A DNA stretch of 64,000 bases. Source: Alloascoidea hylecoeti (taxonomy: Eukaryota). Below the pieces are notes generated by a model. That model searched no databases. It had not been told where the DNA came from and was given only the letters and a program-made list of their open reading frames with translations. Shown here in pieces: positions 12,725-24,589 of the stretch (positions are counted from its first letter, which is position 1; the number at the start of each line of letters is the position of its first letter). Position numbers and translations under genes: made by a program. The stretch lies in assembly GCA_001600815.1 (NCBI GenBank), contig BCKZ01000002.1, positions 310,001-374,000 of the forward strand, written 5' to 3'.

Positions 12725-14004
12725 ACTATTTAACTCTTCCTTAATCAATGTTATGTATGAATATGAAACTGTTATTTAGATTATGAAATTTAAAAGCTTA
12801 ATTTTGTAGCACTTATAATGCTAAAGTAGTTAATGTTCCCATAAAAATACTTGTTCACAATTTTTCCTGTATTCTCTTTTTCTCTGATTTAGTTATGTTA
12901 GTACGTTTTTCGATATTTTTCTGACTTAGTTTTGCTTCAATTTGTAACGAATATCTCAAAACAAATTTATAATTACTTACAATAAAAAGTCTGGAAAGTT
13001 TTATTTATAATTATGGTAATTATACACTACTGTACCATCAAGTTTTGATATTAGTTGGTTTTAAATTTAAATATTACAGCCGTAGATTGGGGTGGCGAGT
13101 CTAACAAGCCTAACGAGCAATTAACTATCGTCGTATGCGTATTATTACGATTAATCCGTATATCTCCATGTCCAATTAATATTAATAAGGCTCAGCTTTA
13201 TAAACTTATAAGAATTGTGGGGAATTTATTAAGCAAATGGGGAAACTTTCTACTAGCCTAAAACTTTATAAGGTTATAGGAAAATAAATTTAAAAACCCA
13301 TTTCTAATGACACTCAATTGCAACTTGTTTGTGATGATATATCTACAAGTGCTTGATTTTGCAATTCAAAATCTAACATTGAAGAGCACAATATCTTCGA
13401 TTTAAGATTCACATTTATAACTTTCAATATATTCCTTCATTCCCGTGAATATGTGATGAACCTACTTCAGATTTAATACAAGTTATTAGTTTAATTGAAT
13501 TTTTTTCCTTCCTTGCTCGGATATATGTTGCTCCTGAGGTCTAGCTAATATCATGACAGTCCAGCACTAGCATTATATACACTGCAAAGAATGTTGGATC
13601 AAAATCTAAAACATAATTAAATTCAGGAACGTCTAAATCTGCATACAGTTTGCTTGCTTCTAGCTGTTCCATGATAGAGAATATTAATGTTATGGATATC
13701 GATACTACAATTCTCAAACCTACTTTCCGGGTCCTCATTCATATATACAAGATACGGCCTTATTCTTTAAATAAATTCAATACATGTAAACCTATATTTT
13801 GCAATTGATAAATTATTCTCACTATTAGAGGTATAGTGCGGTCCGGAACTGAGAGATCGAAAAGCTAAAATTTAAAAATTATAACTAGTTATCATTACGT
13901 TAGTTGTAGCTATTTTTTAATACATGTATATCATTCAGTTGCGAGGACTTACCAGATGTAAGATATAAATAATACGTACCGTAGTGAAGGACCTATTGTG
14001 CACA

Positions 14005-14546
14005 TAGACACCCCATGTTTTTTTTCAATTCTTTTAACGTTGCCCTTTTTGTTTCAAATGGGAAATGTTTAATCTTGGATTTTTATGAATTACACAACCA
14101 TTTTAACCAACTAAAATACCTTGATTTCTAGAAGAATTTGGTTCAATATAAATTAAATGAGCACTATTCATATAATTTTTCCACTTTAATAATAATTTTC
14201 TTATATCAGCTTCTAAAGCATTTTCATTATAACGTCTTAACTTTGTACCAGCAGTATTTAAATTACCTTTTGCAATATCGCTTCTGGATTGCGAACCACC
14301 TTGTTTTGGTCTTGTTGTGTATCTATGAAATGTTTTATGTTCAATTATATTAATTGATTGAAAAACTGATAGATCTTTTGATTTCACTAAACCAACAAAA
14401 TAACTTCCACCAATCATAAATAAAATCAAATAAGCATTGACATATTTATTTAATGATGTGATTGAATTTTCAAGTTCTTGTTGGTGAATATGTTCCTAAA
14501 GCCCAAAACTCCTTGATGATGGTAAAATAATAAATTTGCACTTGAA
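14005..14546 (-). pseudogene. VMS1: VMS1/ANKZF1 (VLRF1 domain) pseudogene fragment
   Basis: HKTFHRYTTRPKQGGSQS..AG..LRRYNE motif. In-frame TAG at 14498-14496 and TAA at 14105-14103. After a frameshift, homology resumes (KIKHFPFETKRATLKELKK). Confidence 0.85.
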
Positions 14547-16103
14547 TTTTTTAAATTAATATTAGATATTCTTGAAGAATAATGATATCAGAATTATCTT
14601 TGGGAAAAGTTGAAAGGAAAGTGAAGGAAAAAAAGTGTTGAATATTGGCACTTGTCAACCAGGTGTTAAGGCTTTTTTAGGATATTACAAGAATTATTAA
14701 ACGGGAAAGTTGCAGAAAGCTTAAAAATGGAAGTACCTGTTGTGTATTGTGCATGCAGCTCGTGTATTTTAGAATTGAACATTGTGTTAGAGTATTGAAC
14801 AAGGTGCATTATAAGTCTATAATAGTATAGGATATATTATTTAGGCTATTATAAACTAGATGGTTATATATAATTATAACATGTAGCACTGTATATTCGA
14901 ACTCAGAGACATATTTTCATTGATGGCCATGAATTGTCTTCTACATGTTACAGCCAGGTACAATGTATACAACAGATATTGGTACTTATCAAATTATGTT
15001 AATTAACGTTATGCCCATCTTACTTAAGCTTTCAGTTGTAGACACTTCTGATAATGGACTACCTCCTACTTAGATATAGCTATACATACGTTATACTTCT
15101 CGGACTCTATACGGTTAAGCTTCTGATTTTTTTTTATAATTAAAAACAACTCAAACAACTACAAGTTTAACTGCGGACTAATTATAAATAATAATAGCAT
15201 GTTCTACGTTCACAGTTAATATAAAAACAAATTTATCGCTTAGTGGGAATTCATGTACGAAGGATAATGTGAATCAGCCTTTTATTTGGATTCTTCTAAT
15301 CAATAATGGAGTGTAATCGCAATAATCAATTGAAATCGTCATATTATAATGATTGTAATCACAATACAATTGAATTTGCAATCTACCACAAATCGGTTAC
15401 AAAAGAGGACCGTGAAATGATATATCTTAATATATTATTCAAAAATGTGTCTTTTGGAAATAAACATGATAAAAAGAGGAAGAAGAGGTGGTCAAAAAAA
15501 AAAAAAGATCATCCAGAGTCCATGTTGACTAATTCGCGATCATTTAACATTCCCCATTTCAAAAGATATTTTTCACAGTTTCTATTTATCTTTGATATGT
15601 TTTCTTTACTCAAATACATACACATATGTAAATCAAATAGTTTACAATTGAATACAAAGCGGTTGTTAAACTGTTAAATTGTTAAATTGAATAGGATTAA
15701 CTAAAGGTCTGTGATTATACTTATAGTTATAATTGGATGCTATTAATATTAATATTTCTACAGTAACGGTACGCACGTATGTAAAAAGTTGGCAGTTCTC
15801 CAAATCAAATATTTACAATTTCAAATAGTTATATACTATTACCCACTCTAACAGCAGTTGGGGGTTGAACTTACAAGCTATAAATATACAATTAATACAC
15901 AATTTGAAATTATAACTTATATATGGTACGAAGTACAATCTACAAATGCACGAACCGTTTCTTGTCGGCGTGACGATCAAAATTTGGGGTTTTGCACGAT
16001 ATATAATTATAATTATTAGCTTATGGACATTTATTGGACATAAAATAAATTTTAATGGCATGGTACTATAATCTCACTAAAATATAAATAGTTCTGAAAC
16101 TCT

Positions 16104-16775
16104 TTACTCAAATTTTTGTGGTAATTCTAAAATATCGTCTTCATCTTGAGCTTCGATAATTCTAAATTGATTAGTTAGTAATTATAAATAATATAATAAA
16201 CCAGATATTTCGATCGCAATTGCAATATTAAATTCAAATATCCTTAATAACCAATGTGCCAAAACAATTCACTTACCTTGAAACTCCAGCTTTCTCCCTA
16301 ATCAGTTCAACGGCAGAAGCGTATAACATACGAGCCTCCTGAGTAGATGTTGGAGGTAAATAATATACAAGCACCAACGGAGTTGATTTTCTTCCGTCTG
16401 ATAGCGTCACTGGATATGACAAAATGATATATCGAGGTGTATTATCAGGTAACTCTTCATTTAAATCGTCCAAATCTGTGATGATATTTGGGTTGTCAAG
16501 TTTAATTTCATAGGTCTTCTTATCAATTTGATCTGAAAGTTATCATGAGAGATAACAATTAGTTATTACTCTTTTAATATACAAATATCAAATATACCAT
16601 AATTGATACGTACAAATTAATGCTTGAAGCGTGCCTGATCTGGCACTACTAAATCGGAACTTCTTAAGTGTTTTTAAAGTTTCTTCTGAAAATGAATACA
16701 GCGAAGTCGACTGAAACCGAGTGCATTGTTAGATAAATTTGTATATATATGTATACTTTTGCAGATTCTTACCAT
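16104..16775 (-). CDS. AIM7: Glia maturation factor (ADF-H); exons 16775-16773, 16710-16614, 16532-16277, 16161-16104
   Basis: LKKFRFSSAR..ELPDNTPRYIILSYP..DGRKSTPLVLVYY; three canonical introns keep the frame. Confidence 0.92.
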
Positions 16776-17040
16776 TTCAATTGTTAGAAAGATGGTATTC
16801 TTTAAACTTTAAGAGAGACGTATAAATATAAGGGATGATTACATAATCAAAATCAACGATTACCCGGACCTTCCATTTTTATTCACCCTTACACCTATTA
16901 GTGACTGGTGTTTCCAGATTAGGCAATATTCAACTAATGTGACCTACGTATATCTGATACCGATGAATTGGAATTAAATCCATCAAATTAGAATCTGGTT
17001 CGTCAACAGCACTTCAATAGAATAATAATAATCAGTCAAA

Positions 17041-17854
17041 ATGGGTCGTATGCACAGCAAGGTATGTTTGAATATGAATAATAAATGATGTAGCTGGTTG
17101 ATTTGGATATTTGCAAAAACTACATCTATTTGTGGTATCATATAATTTAGGATTGATTGATTGATGTATTTTTCAAATGGTTTTGATGATTAAGGACAAT
17201 TCTGTTTTATTTTGGAGTGATTGGGAATATCAAATATATTTAAAAGTTTTTATTAAACAAGAATTCAAAAAAAAAATTCGGCATTGTTTATTCAATATTA
17301 TTTGTTTTTACAGTTTGAATAAATCAATCATCAATTTATTTTCATTTCACAAGCAACCAGTCAATGTTTTGCATCTTATTAAAATCAAACACGAAATCTA
17401 ATTCTTTTTATTATTATAGGGCAAAGGTATTTCCTCATCAGCCACTCCTTATTCACGTTCAGCACCAGCATGGTTCAAACTTACACCAGAAGCTGTCCAA
17501 GAACAAATTATTAAATACGCCAGAAAGGGTCTTACTCCATCTCAAATTGGTGTTCTTCTCCGTGATGCACACGGTGTTACTCAAGTTAAGAGTGTCACTG
17601 GTAACAAGATTTTACGTATCTTAAAGTCAAATGGGTTAGCTCCAGAAATCCCAGAAGACTTATACCATTTAATTAAGAAAGCCGTCTCTGTCAGAAAGCA
17701 TTTAGACAAGAACAGAAAGGACAAGGACTCTAAATTCAGATTAATTTTGATTGAATCAAGAATCCACCGTCTTGCTAGATACTACAGATCTGTTGAAGTT
17801 TTACCACCAACATGGAAATACGAATCTGCTACTGCCTCTGCTTTAGTCAACTAA
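17041..17854 (+). CDS. RPS13: 40S ribosomal protein uS15 (S13); exons 17041-17061, 17420-17854
   Basis: [37 protein letters not shown]; 358-nt GTATGT intron. Confidence 0.97.
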
Positions 17855-17988
17855 AGGAGTTAATTCAGTTATTTAGTTCATATGTATCTCTAGTTTCTTA
17901 GTAAATGACAAACTTTATTAAACATTTTAATTTCATTATAATTGTACACTGATATATATTGAGGAGATAAATTTATTGATTTCTAGAA

Positions 17989-18580
17989 CTAGTCATTATA
18001 ATCAAGTTTTGGTGGTTGCACATAGAAGTCCTCATCCCCAATTTTAAACGCCAAAACAGTATCATTAACAATTTGTAAGTCTAGTAATGAGGGCGACCTT
18101 TTTTTTGAATTGTCTTCTGCACTTGAATCATCAAGGAGAATCCATCTTCCAGAAAGTGGATTATTTTTATCAGCTGGTAATGCAAACGTTATAGATTTAG
18201 GATCGATCAATTTCGTCTTAACACTACCATTACCTTTAGAATCGAGCGTTTTATCATTTTCATTTTGATCAACTGTATCAAAAGAAGGAACTGGAATATC
18301 AATGTCATCATCTTCTAATTCGTCCTCGCTATCTTCATCTATTTTACCTAGTTTTAATCCGCCAGTTTGATTTACTGCCTCAAATACTTCATTTTGAAGA
18401 TCTTCAATTGTTTTCGTTCCTTCGATTATGATCATTATGACTTGTTTCCGCCGTTTAAGCTTAATGGTGAATGGCACATCCGTTCCTTGTGGCTTTTTCC
18501 CAAATCTCGGTGGCTAAAAGACAAAGTATTTAGTATAGGGAATATGATGGCGTATAAGACAACATGAATTAACTGACCAT
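17989..18580 (-). CDS. Hypothetical protein with ubiquitin-like/Elongin-B-like pattern; exons 18580-18578, 18513-17989
   Basis: ATG|GTCAGT intron with TACTAAA..TAG joins in frame; beta-beta-alpha pattern TIKLKRRKQVIMII..TIEDLQNEV. Confidence 0.7.
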
Positions 18581-18910
18581 TTCTAATTATAATGTCACTT
18601 TACGTGGATAAATGATAGTATAGAACTAATACTTCTTATAATGAGTTGTATGACGAAACACCCGTACACCGTATTGCCCTCCATATTGATTACAAAAGTT
18701 AGCTATAAATATATCCGAAGAGAGTTAAATTTAAATTACAGGTCCTATCTAAATTTAAAAAGCCCAAATAAGCAATGTATATTAAGCCATATCGTGTGTG
18801 TCATTATATATCGTGAGATCATATCATAATTATAACCAGCAAAGGATGATGTTAATGATGATTCATAAGCAACAAAAATCATAAATTCCATAGAAAAGTA
18901 AGGCAGCCAA

Positions 18911-19170
18911 TCCAATCCTAGCACTGGATTAGTTAAGTCATTATTTCATAGCAATGATGTGAGTTCGCTGGAGGGATACGTTACTGCGGTCATAGACCCA
19001 CCCCTTAATATTGTTAGCTAACGGCTGGCAGTGCAAAACGACCAACATTGTTAAACAAGGTTAAAATGAGAATCGTGATAATGGACATGATTGGCACCAA
19101 CCGCTTGAACGTTTTCTTCAGCGTGTATTGAACAGAACCCGCATTCAAGTCTAAGGCATTTCGACTGAGA
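18911..19170 (+). ncRNA. Atypical box C/D snoRNA, snR4-like (candidate 18S ac4C guide)
   Basis: Long 5' extension, C-like ATGATGT (18954), C'-like ATGATT (19087) followed by GCACCA (complement of 18S helix 34 UGGUGC), D box CTGA (19165); GC-richer than flanks; no ORF. Confidence 0.55.
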
Positions 19171-19208
19171 ATTAAAATATTTGAGTCAGGAGATCAAAGT
19201 TAAAATGA

Positions 19209-20084
19209 TTAAATGTTCATCGAGGTAGTCTGTCGATTGCTAAAGCCAAAAGTGCTTTTAAACCCTTGAGGAGTGTAACCGTCAATTTGCGTTGAAGAAT
19301 CGGTAGCATCATCAAGATTATGGATATTATCTTCGTCAATCTCTTTTTGACCCCTTTCTGATATGACCACTTCAGATATTCCATTAGATAATTTGCTGAT
19401 AGATGTATACTCATCATTATAGTTTCCATTAATTTTTTGTTTCTCATCAACTTGTAACTCTTTGAACTCCGCAATGACTTCCGAAAGACTTTTAGCTGTC
19501 GCTTCCGAACTGTATTTATCAAGAACTTCTTCCAATAAAGCAATATCCCTTTCCCAAAACATTGCACCAAAAGGAAGGTATGTAATATTATCTCTTGCAA
19601 ACAAAGCTTCATTTGATAATTGAGCTCTATAAAACTGAGAAGCTTGATAATGTTCCTTACAGCAATATCGAGAAAGATAGGTCGATGGCAACACCATACT
19701 AGGCCTTCTTAAATTTATTCTGTGTTTTTGTCTCATTCCCTAAAGAAGTCATGTTAGATTTAAATGAATGAATATAATAGACAATGATGAGGTGGAACAT
19801 ACCTTAGGGTCGTTGTTGCAAAGTGGGTACCCACATAGATGTATGATGTTTCTTTCCGTGATGATCTCATCAAACAGTTCTGGAGTAAGAAACCTTGCCA
19901 CAAACTTCAGGAATTGACGATCACAACCATCTAGCATGAACTCAACGATGTCCAGAGAGAGATTGTTTGCTTCCGACATGGTCAATGCTCCTGGTTTGGA
20001 GTATTGTCTTAAGCCGGATAAGAACCGCGCCAGAGAGGAGGACGGATCTACTTCGAGAGCTGGTTGTGGATGTGGAAAAGACAT
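19209..20084 (-). CDS. RTR1: RNA Pol II CTD phosphatase Rtr1/RPAP2; exons 20084-19803, 19739-19209
   Basis: DEIITERNIIHLCGYPLC..YCCKEHYQASQFY zinc-finger motif; in-frame 63-nt intron. Confidence 0.92.
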
Positions 20085-20268
20085 TTGTTTTGAAGTAATA
20101 AAGTAAAAGACAGTAATGCCCAAGATTTCATGAGAATGGGAATAAAAGTGAAATTAATTATGGAGCAAAAAAGAAGAGGAATTTGAGGACAAAACTGACC
20201 GCTTTTATACTCGTCGCAAAGTACTTCCAGACACTCATCCCCACCACCATCTGGCTTCAGGATCAACA

Positions 20269-22464
20269 ATGCCCACTTTTGAGGAAAATCCCAGTGGAAG
20301 ACGACGTTCGATCAGTTCTAGTAGCACAATGAGCGTATCTGCCACTCAACCGTCTTTGCAGGATGTGAAACTCAATGCAGAATCCCAGGAAACAGTTAAA
20401 GCATCAAATGTTAGGCGTTCAAGACTGACGATATATCCTCACTCCTCCCGATCTGGTCATTCTGCTTCTTCTACAAATTCTGACAAAGATCCTCTCTCTC
20501 CAAGTTTAAGCATCTGGGAACATTTCATGGATGAAATGAAAGGCCCGAAATCTACAACGACCGCAGTGGACGTTGATATGCTAACTGAACAACTACTTAA
20601 TATATGTAAGCTCCCTTTAGAGTTAGAAAAATTCATGCTTTTTGGAACTTTAGCATGTCTTGATACTTTTCTATTTGTTTTCACTATACTTCCTTTACGA
20701 GTGTGCTATGCTTTTGTGGATTTATTACTGTTCATATGGAGAAAAATATACCCATCTGCTAAACCAGACCTTCGATCAAATCACAGAGGAATACGAGTAG
20801 CGGATACTACAAGCATGATCTTAGTTTTAACAGGTGTTTTTATATTGTCATTCATTGATACCTCAAGAATATATCATAGCATCAGAGGGCAAGCAGCCAT
20901 CAAATTATACGTTATGTTTGGGTTGGCCGAAGTAGCTGGAAAACTTTGTTCGGCGATAGGACAAGATATTTTAAGCTGTCTACTAGCTGTTATTCCTTAC
21001 GAAGAATCCAATAGAAATTCAATGGGGGTCATGAAATTTTTAATATTTTTCATCTTGGCTGCTATTTATACAAGCATTCATTCTTTTGTCCTTGTGTATC
21101 AAATTATCACTTTAAATGTCGCAGTTAACTCATATTCAAATGCATTATTAACCTTAATTCTAAGTAGCCAATTCAGTGAAATAAAATCAACTGTTTTTAA
21201 AAGATTTGAAAGAGAGGCACTTTTTCAAATTACATGTGCTGATCTTTCCGAAAGGTTCGAACTTCTTGTGATGCTAACCGTTATTGGCCTTAGAAACATT
21301 ATGCAGGTCAACAATGTTGGTCTTGTTCCTAACTCTTGGTCCGGTTGGAATAGATGGCTAGGTGCTCTATTTGGACCAGCATTTGTTGTATATGGTAGTG
21401 AAATCATGGTCGATTGGGTCAAGCATGCATATGTTACTAAATTTAATAAAATGAGACCAAAAATGTATGGCAGATTTTTGAACGTTTTAGCAATTGATTT
21501 TTCGGAACAATCAATTAATAGTAGGAATTTATTTCGAAGGATAGGGTTGCCATTATATCCTCTTACTTGTGTTTTCATAAGGTTAACCGTTCCAACAATG
21601 CAATATTTATTTTCTGCTCATGATAGTGTTGCAGCACAAACTTTGATTCACATTTCTTCTACATCTACACCTTATTCTTCATCAACACCTATTCCACTTG
21701 GGAGTAGAAATCAAGGAAATAAATATTTTAATGGAAGTCACGATTTCATGTCTACCATCGATGAATTTTTAAGATCAACATTTAATAAAGAAACGTCTTT
21801 GAAAAGTATTAATATCTTTTCAGTAATAATGCTTGTTATGACATATTTAATTTTATTAGTGGTTAAATTAATGTTAGGTATTTTATTGACTAAATGGGCA
21901 AGAATTAGAACTCAAAGGGTTTTAAGGGAGAAAGAACAACGGGATCTTCATAATCAAAAGAAATTACAATCACAATTACAAGCCCAATTCAACCCATTTA
22001 TTCATAGTTCAGAAAATGAAATAGAAAAGGAGAATGGGACTGCATCTACAGCAAATATTAGGAATCGTGGTTCAAGCGTTCATAGACGAACCAAGCGTGC
22101 CAACACAATATCAGAGTTTCAACCTGCGCTTCCTCCATTCATAAACAACAATTCTATCCCCCCAACCAATGATGTTAAAAATCATACTATTACTAACAAC
22201 AACAACAACAATAATAATAATAATAATAATAATACTAATAATGCGTTTCAAGATTTTGTTCCTGGTCCTGTTCCAGGAGGAGATAATGGAACAATAAATA
22301 TGAGCGAGGAGATGAGAAAAGGCTTATATGAACCCAACGAACCCATTCCACCGGATAGTGAAAACGCCAGAAATAAAAAAATAGTTAAAAAAGGTGCTAA
22401 ATCTTTAGAAGACGAATTGGGTGGAGTAATGAGGTATAAAATGGTTTCTAAGAGGATTTGGTAA
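20269..22464 (+). CDS. EMP65: ER membrane protein Emp65/TAPT1 (DUF747)
   Basis: LEKFMLFG..CLDTFL..FTILPLR, YHSIRGQAAIKLYV, QFSEIKSTVFKRF, VDWVKHAYVTKFN; poly-Asn near 22195-22240. Confidence 0.93.
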   Translation: MPTFEENPSGRRRSISSSSTMSVSATQPSLQDVKLNAESQETVKASNVRRSRLTIYPHSSRSGHSASSTNSDKDPLSPSLSIWEHFMDEMKGPKSTTTAVDVDMLTEQLLNICKLPLELEKFMLFGTLACLDTFLFVFTILPLRVCYAFVDLLLFIWRKIYPSAKPDLRSNHRGIRVADTTSMILVLTGVFILSFIDTSRIYHSIRGQAAIKLYVMFGLAEVAGKLCSAIGQDILSCLLAVIPYEESNRNSMGVMKFLIFFILAAIYTSIHSFVLVYQIITLNVAVNSYSNALLTLILSSQFSEIKSTVFKRFEREALFQITCADLSERFELLVMLTVIGLRNIMQVNNVGLVPNSWSGWNRWLGALFGPAFVVYGSEIMVDWVKHAYVTKFNKMRPKMYGRFLNVLAIDFSEQSINSRNLFRRIGLPLYPLTCVFIRLTVPTMQYLFSAHDSVAAQTLIHISSTSTPYSSSTPIPLGSRNQGNKYFNGSHDFMSTIDEFLRSTFNKETSLKSINIFSVIMLVMTYLILLVVKLMLGILLTKWARIRTQRVLREKEQRDLHNQKKLQSQLQAQFNPFIHSSENEIEKENGTASTANIRNRGSSVHRRTKRANTISEFQPALPPFINNNSIPPTNDVKNHTITNNNNNNNNNNNNNTNNAFQDFVPGPVPGGDNGTINMSEEMRKGLYEPNEPIPPDSENARNKKIVKKGAKSLEDELGGVMRYKMVSKRIW

Positions 22465-22948
22465 AGCTTATATGAACGTGCATTTACCACACAGTTTAAT
22501 CTTTGCTATAAAATTTTAAGGAAACTGCCATTATTAGCACGTTGGTTAAATTATATTGAATTGCCATTTTCTGGTTATATGTGGTTATTTATTTATTTTT
22601 ATTTTTAACAATTTTGATATAGGTTGGTCATGGTTTGAATTTTTTATTATATGTCCCGTTATATTATTTATCATGAACTGTATTAATATTCCCCCTGTTA
22701 ACGTTTTACAACATTGATATTAATACGATGGTATAGTTATGATTAAGTTAATTAACATTACAGGAGAGTTTTTTAAATGAATAAGTTATCATGCGTAATC
22801 ATGATCCGATATATATTATCTACAATAATAATTATAATAGCTAAATTATTAAATATACATCTTAAGAAAAATCTTACAATTGCACAATATTAAATTTCAT
22901 AACTTCAGAAACATCATTAAAAATAAAGTGAGTCAATCATATACAAGA

Positions 22949-24589
22949 TCAATGAACTATTTTTGAAGCGTTTTCGGTTGTAGCCTCGGCCATTTTTCTC
23001 ATTATATGAACATGGCCAGGTTTTCCAATATTTGGACCAGTCGATGCGAGTTTGGTGACCATTATCTTAATTGCCCTTCCTGGAAGTCGTAGAGCATGAA
23101 CAAGAAACAGACTACCAGTGAATAAAAGCACAGCGCAAGATTGATGAGCAGTTCCAATATCTACTGGGACAGTATATATCAATGCAGATATTCCAAGAAC
23201 AACCTGTAGAGTCACAAGACCCATTAGATCACCGAGACGTTTAGCAGCAAAACGTGGAACAACACCAGTCTTCCCGATAAATCGATGATAATTTGAATAC
23301 ATATGGACAGCAAATACTGAAGCAGTAGCTGTGCAAGCAAGGACACGATGAATAAGTTGGACAGTAGTTGGATTATCTAATAAGTTTCTCCACCATAAAT
23401 CACTCAAGTCAGCTTTACGAGCATAATAACTACTAAATAATTCAGACTTGGGGGGTATATATCCCTCGCCCATTTTTGGGAATTCATTATAGATCATACC
23501 CGCATCCAGACCAGCAACAAATCCACCGGACATAGCTGTGATTGTGATAATAACTAATAAACCAAGTGCACTTTTTCTTAAGGGACGTAGCGATGGTGCT
23601 TCCAATATTTTAAAATGTTTTAACGCTTCAGCAGGATTTTTAAACCATTTATTTTCAGCTAGAATATCTAAACCAGTCCAAATCATAGCACCATATAGTG
23701 CAAAAGCAGCAGCCAAATGAGTGGTTAAACGATATTGAGAAACGGTTGGGATGGACTTTCTTACATCTAATTGCTTTTGATCTAAACCTGAATATACCAT
23801 CCACCAGCCAATTGCACCTTGAAGGCCTAAAAGACCGCATATACCAATTAAACGTTTAGCAACTGAAGGTGATACTCTCTTTTTCGCTATCAAATAAGCA
23901 GTAGGAACCAAACATATCAAACCAATTGCGCGACCAAGGAGACGATGACTCCATTCCATAAAAAAGATAAACTTAAATTCATCTACAGTCATCATAGAAT
24001 GTAATTGTTTAAATTCAGGAGAGTTTTGATATTTAGCAAATTCAACATCCCAATCAGCTTGTGATAATGGAGGAATAGCACCTGTTACTGGTTTCCATTC
24101 AGTTATACTTAAACCGGATTCAGTTAATCTTGTAGCACCACCAAGTGCAACAATAGCAATTACCAATGCAGAGGTACCAAATAGCCAATAAGCGATCTTG
24201 GGAGAATTTATAGAAGGTCCATTAGAGTGATTTGAAGAAGATCCAGAGTCCAATTCAGTGGTGGAACTGGATTTCGGATGGAAAGCATTGTTCGTGAAAA
24301 TATCGTTTAACTTGGGAGTAGCTGCCTGCCTTTTAAGTTGATGATCTGATGAGATCCCAAGATATCGAGAAGTTGAAAATGCTCTTAAGCTTAAATTTGA
24401 ACTACAAAGATTTCCTGTTTTAAAACTCAAAGAATATGTAGAGTATTTTGAAATCGACGTAGCAGTTTGTAACTTTTGTAATTGAAATACAGATCGCTTC
24501 AGTATTTGTGAAACGTTTATACCACCTTTTCTAGAGATGGAGCCCACACTTCTGAGCATAAAAATCCCAGGCACCAAGCCAGGTATCAT
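22949..24589 (-). CDS. COX15: Heme A synthase; start ATG 24589 or 24559
   Basis: GGATRLTESGLSITEWKPVTG, EWSHRLLGR, VSQYRLTTHL, VAGLDAG; mitochondrial presequence-like N-terminus. Confidence 0.95.
   Translation of the reverse strand: MIPGLVPGIFMLRSVGSISRKGGINVSQILKRSVFQLQKLQTATSISKYSTYSLSFKTGNLCSSNLSLRAFSTSRYLGISSDHQLKRQAATPKLNDIFTNNAFHPKSSSTTELDSGSSSNHSNGPSINSPKIAYWLFGTSALVIAIVALGGATRLTESGLSITEWKPVTGAIPPLSQADWDVEFAKYQNSPEFKQLHSMMTVDEFKFIFFMEWSHRLLGRAIGLICLVPTAYLIAKKRVSPSVAKRLIGICGLLGLQGAIGWWMVYSGLDQKQLDVRKSIPTVSQYRLTTHLAAAFALYGAMIWTGLDILAENKWFKNPAEALKHFKILEAPSLRPLRKSALGLLVIITITAMSGGFVAGLDAGMIYNEFPKMGEGYIPPKSELFSSYYARKADLSDLWWRNLLDNPTTVQLIHRVLACTATASVFAVHMYSNYHRFIGKTGVVPRFAAKRLGDLMGLVTLQVVLGISALIYTVPVDIGTAHQSCAVLLFTGSLFLVHALRLPGRAIKIMVTKLASTGPNIGKPGHVHIMRKMAEATTENASKIVH

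Noticed and set aside
13541..13738. 65-aa ORF with LDVPEFNYVLDFDP, resembling DEAD-box motif V
   Set aside because: No other helicase motifs nearby; likely chance
15306..16061. Short ORFs of 123 and 82 aa
   Set aside because: AT-driven composition, no recognisable homology or splice-supported structure
17062..17419. Possible snoRNA in the long RPS13 intron
   Set aside because: TGATGA present but no downstream CTGA or guide; long introns are normal in ribosomal protein genes
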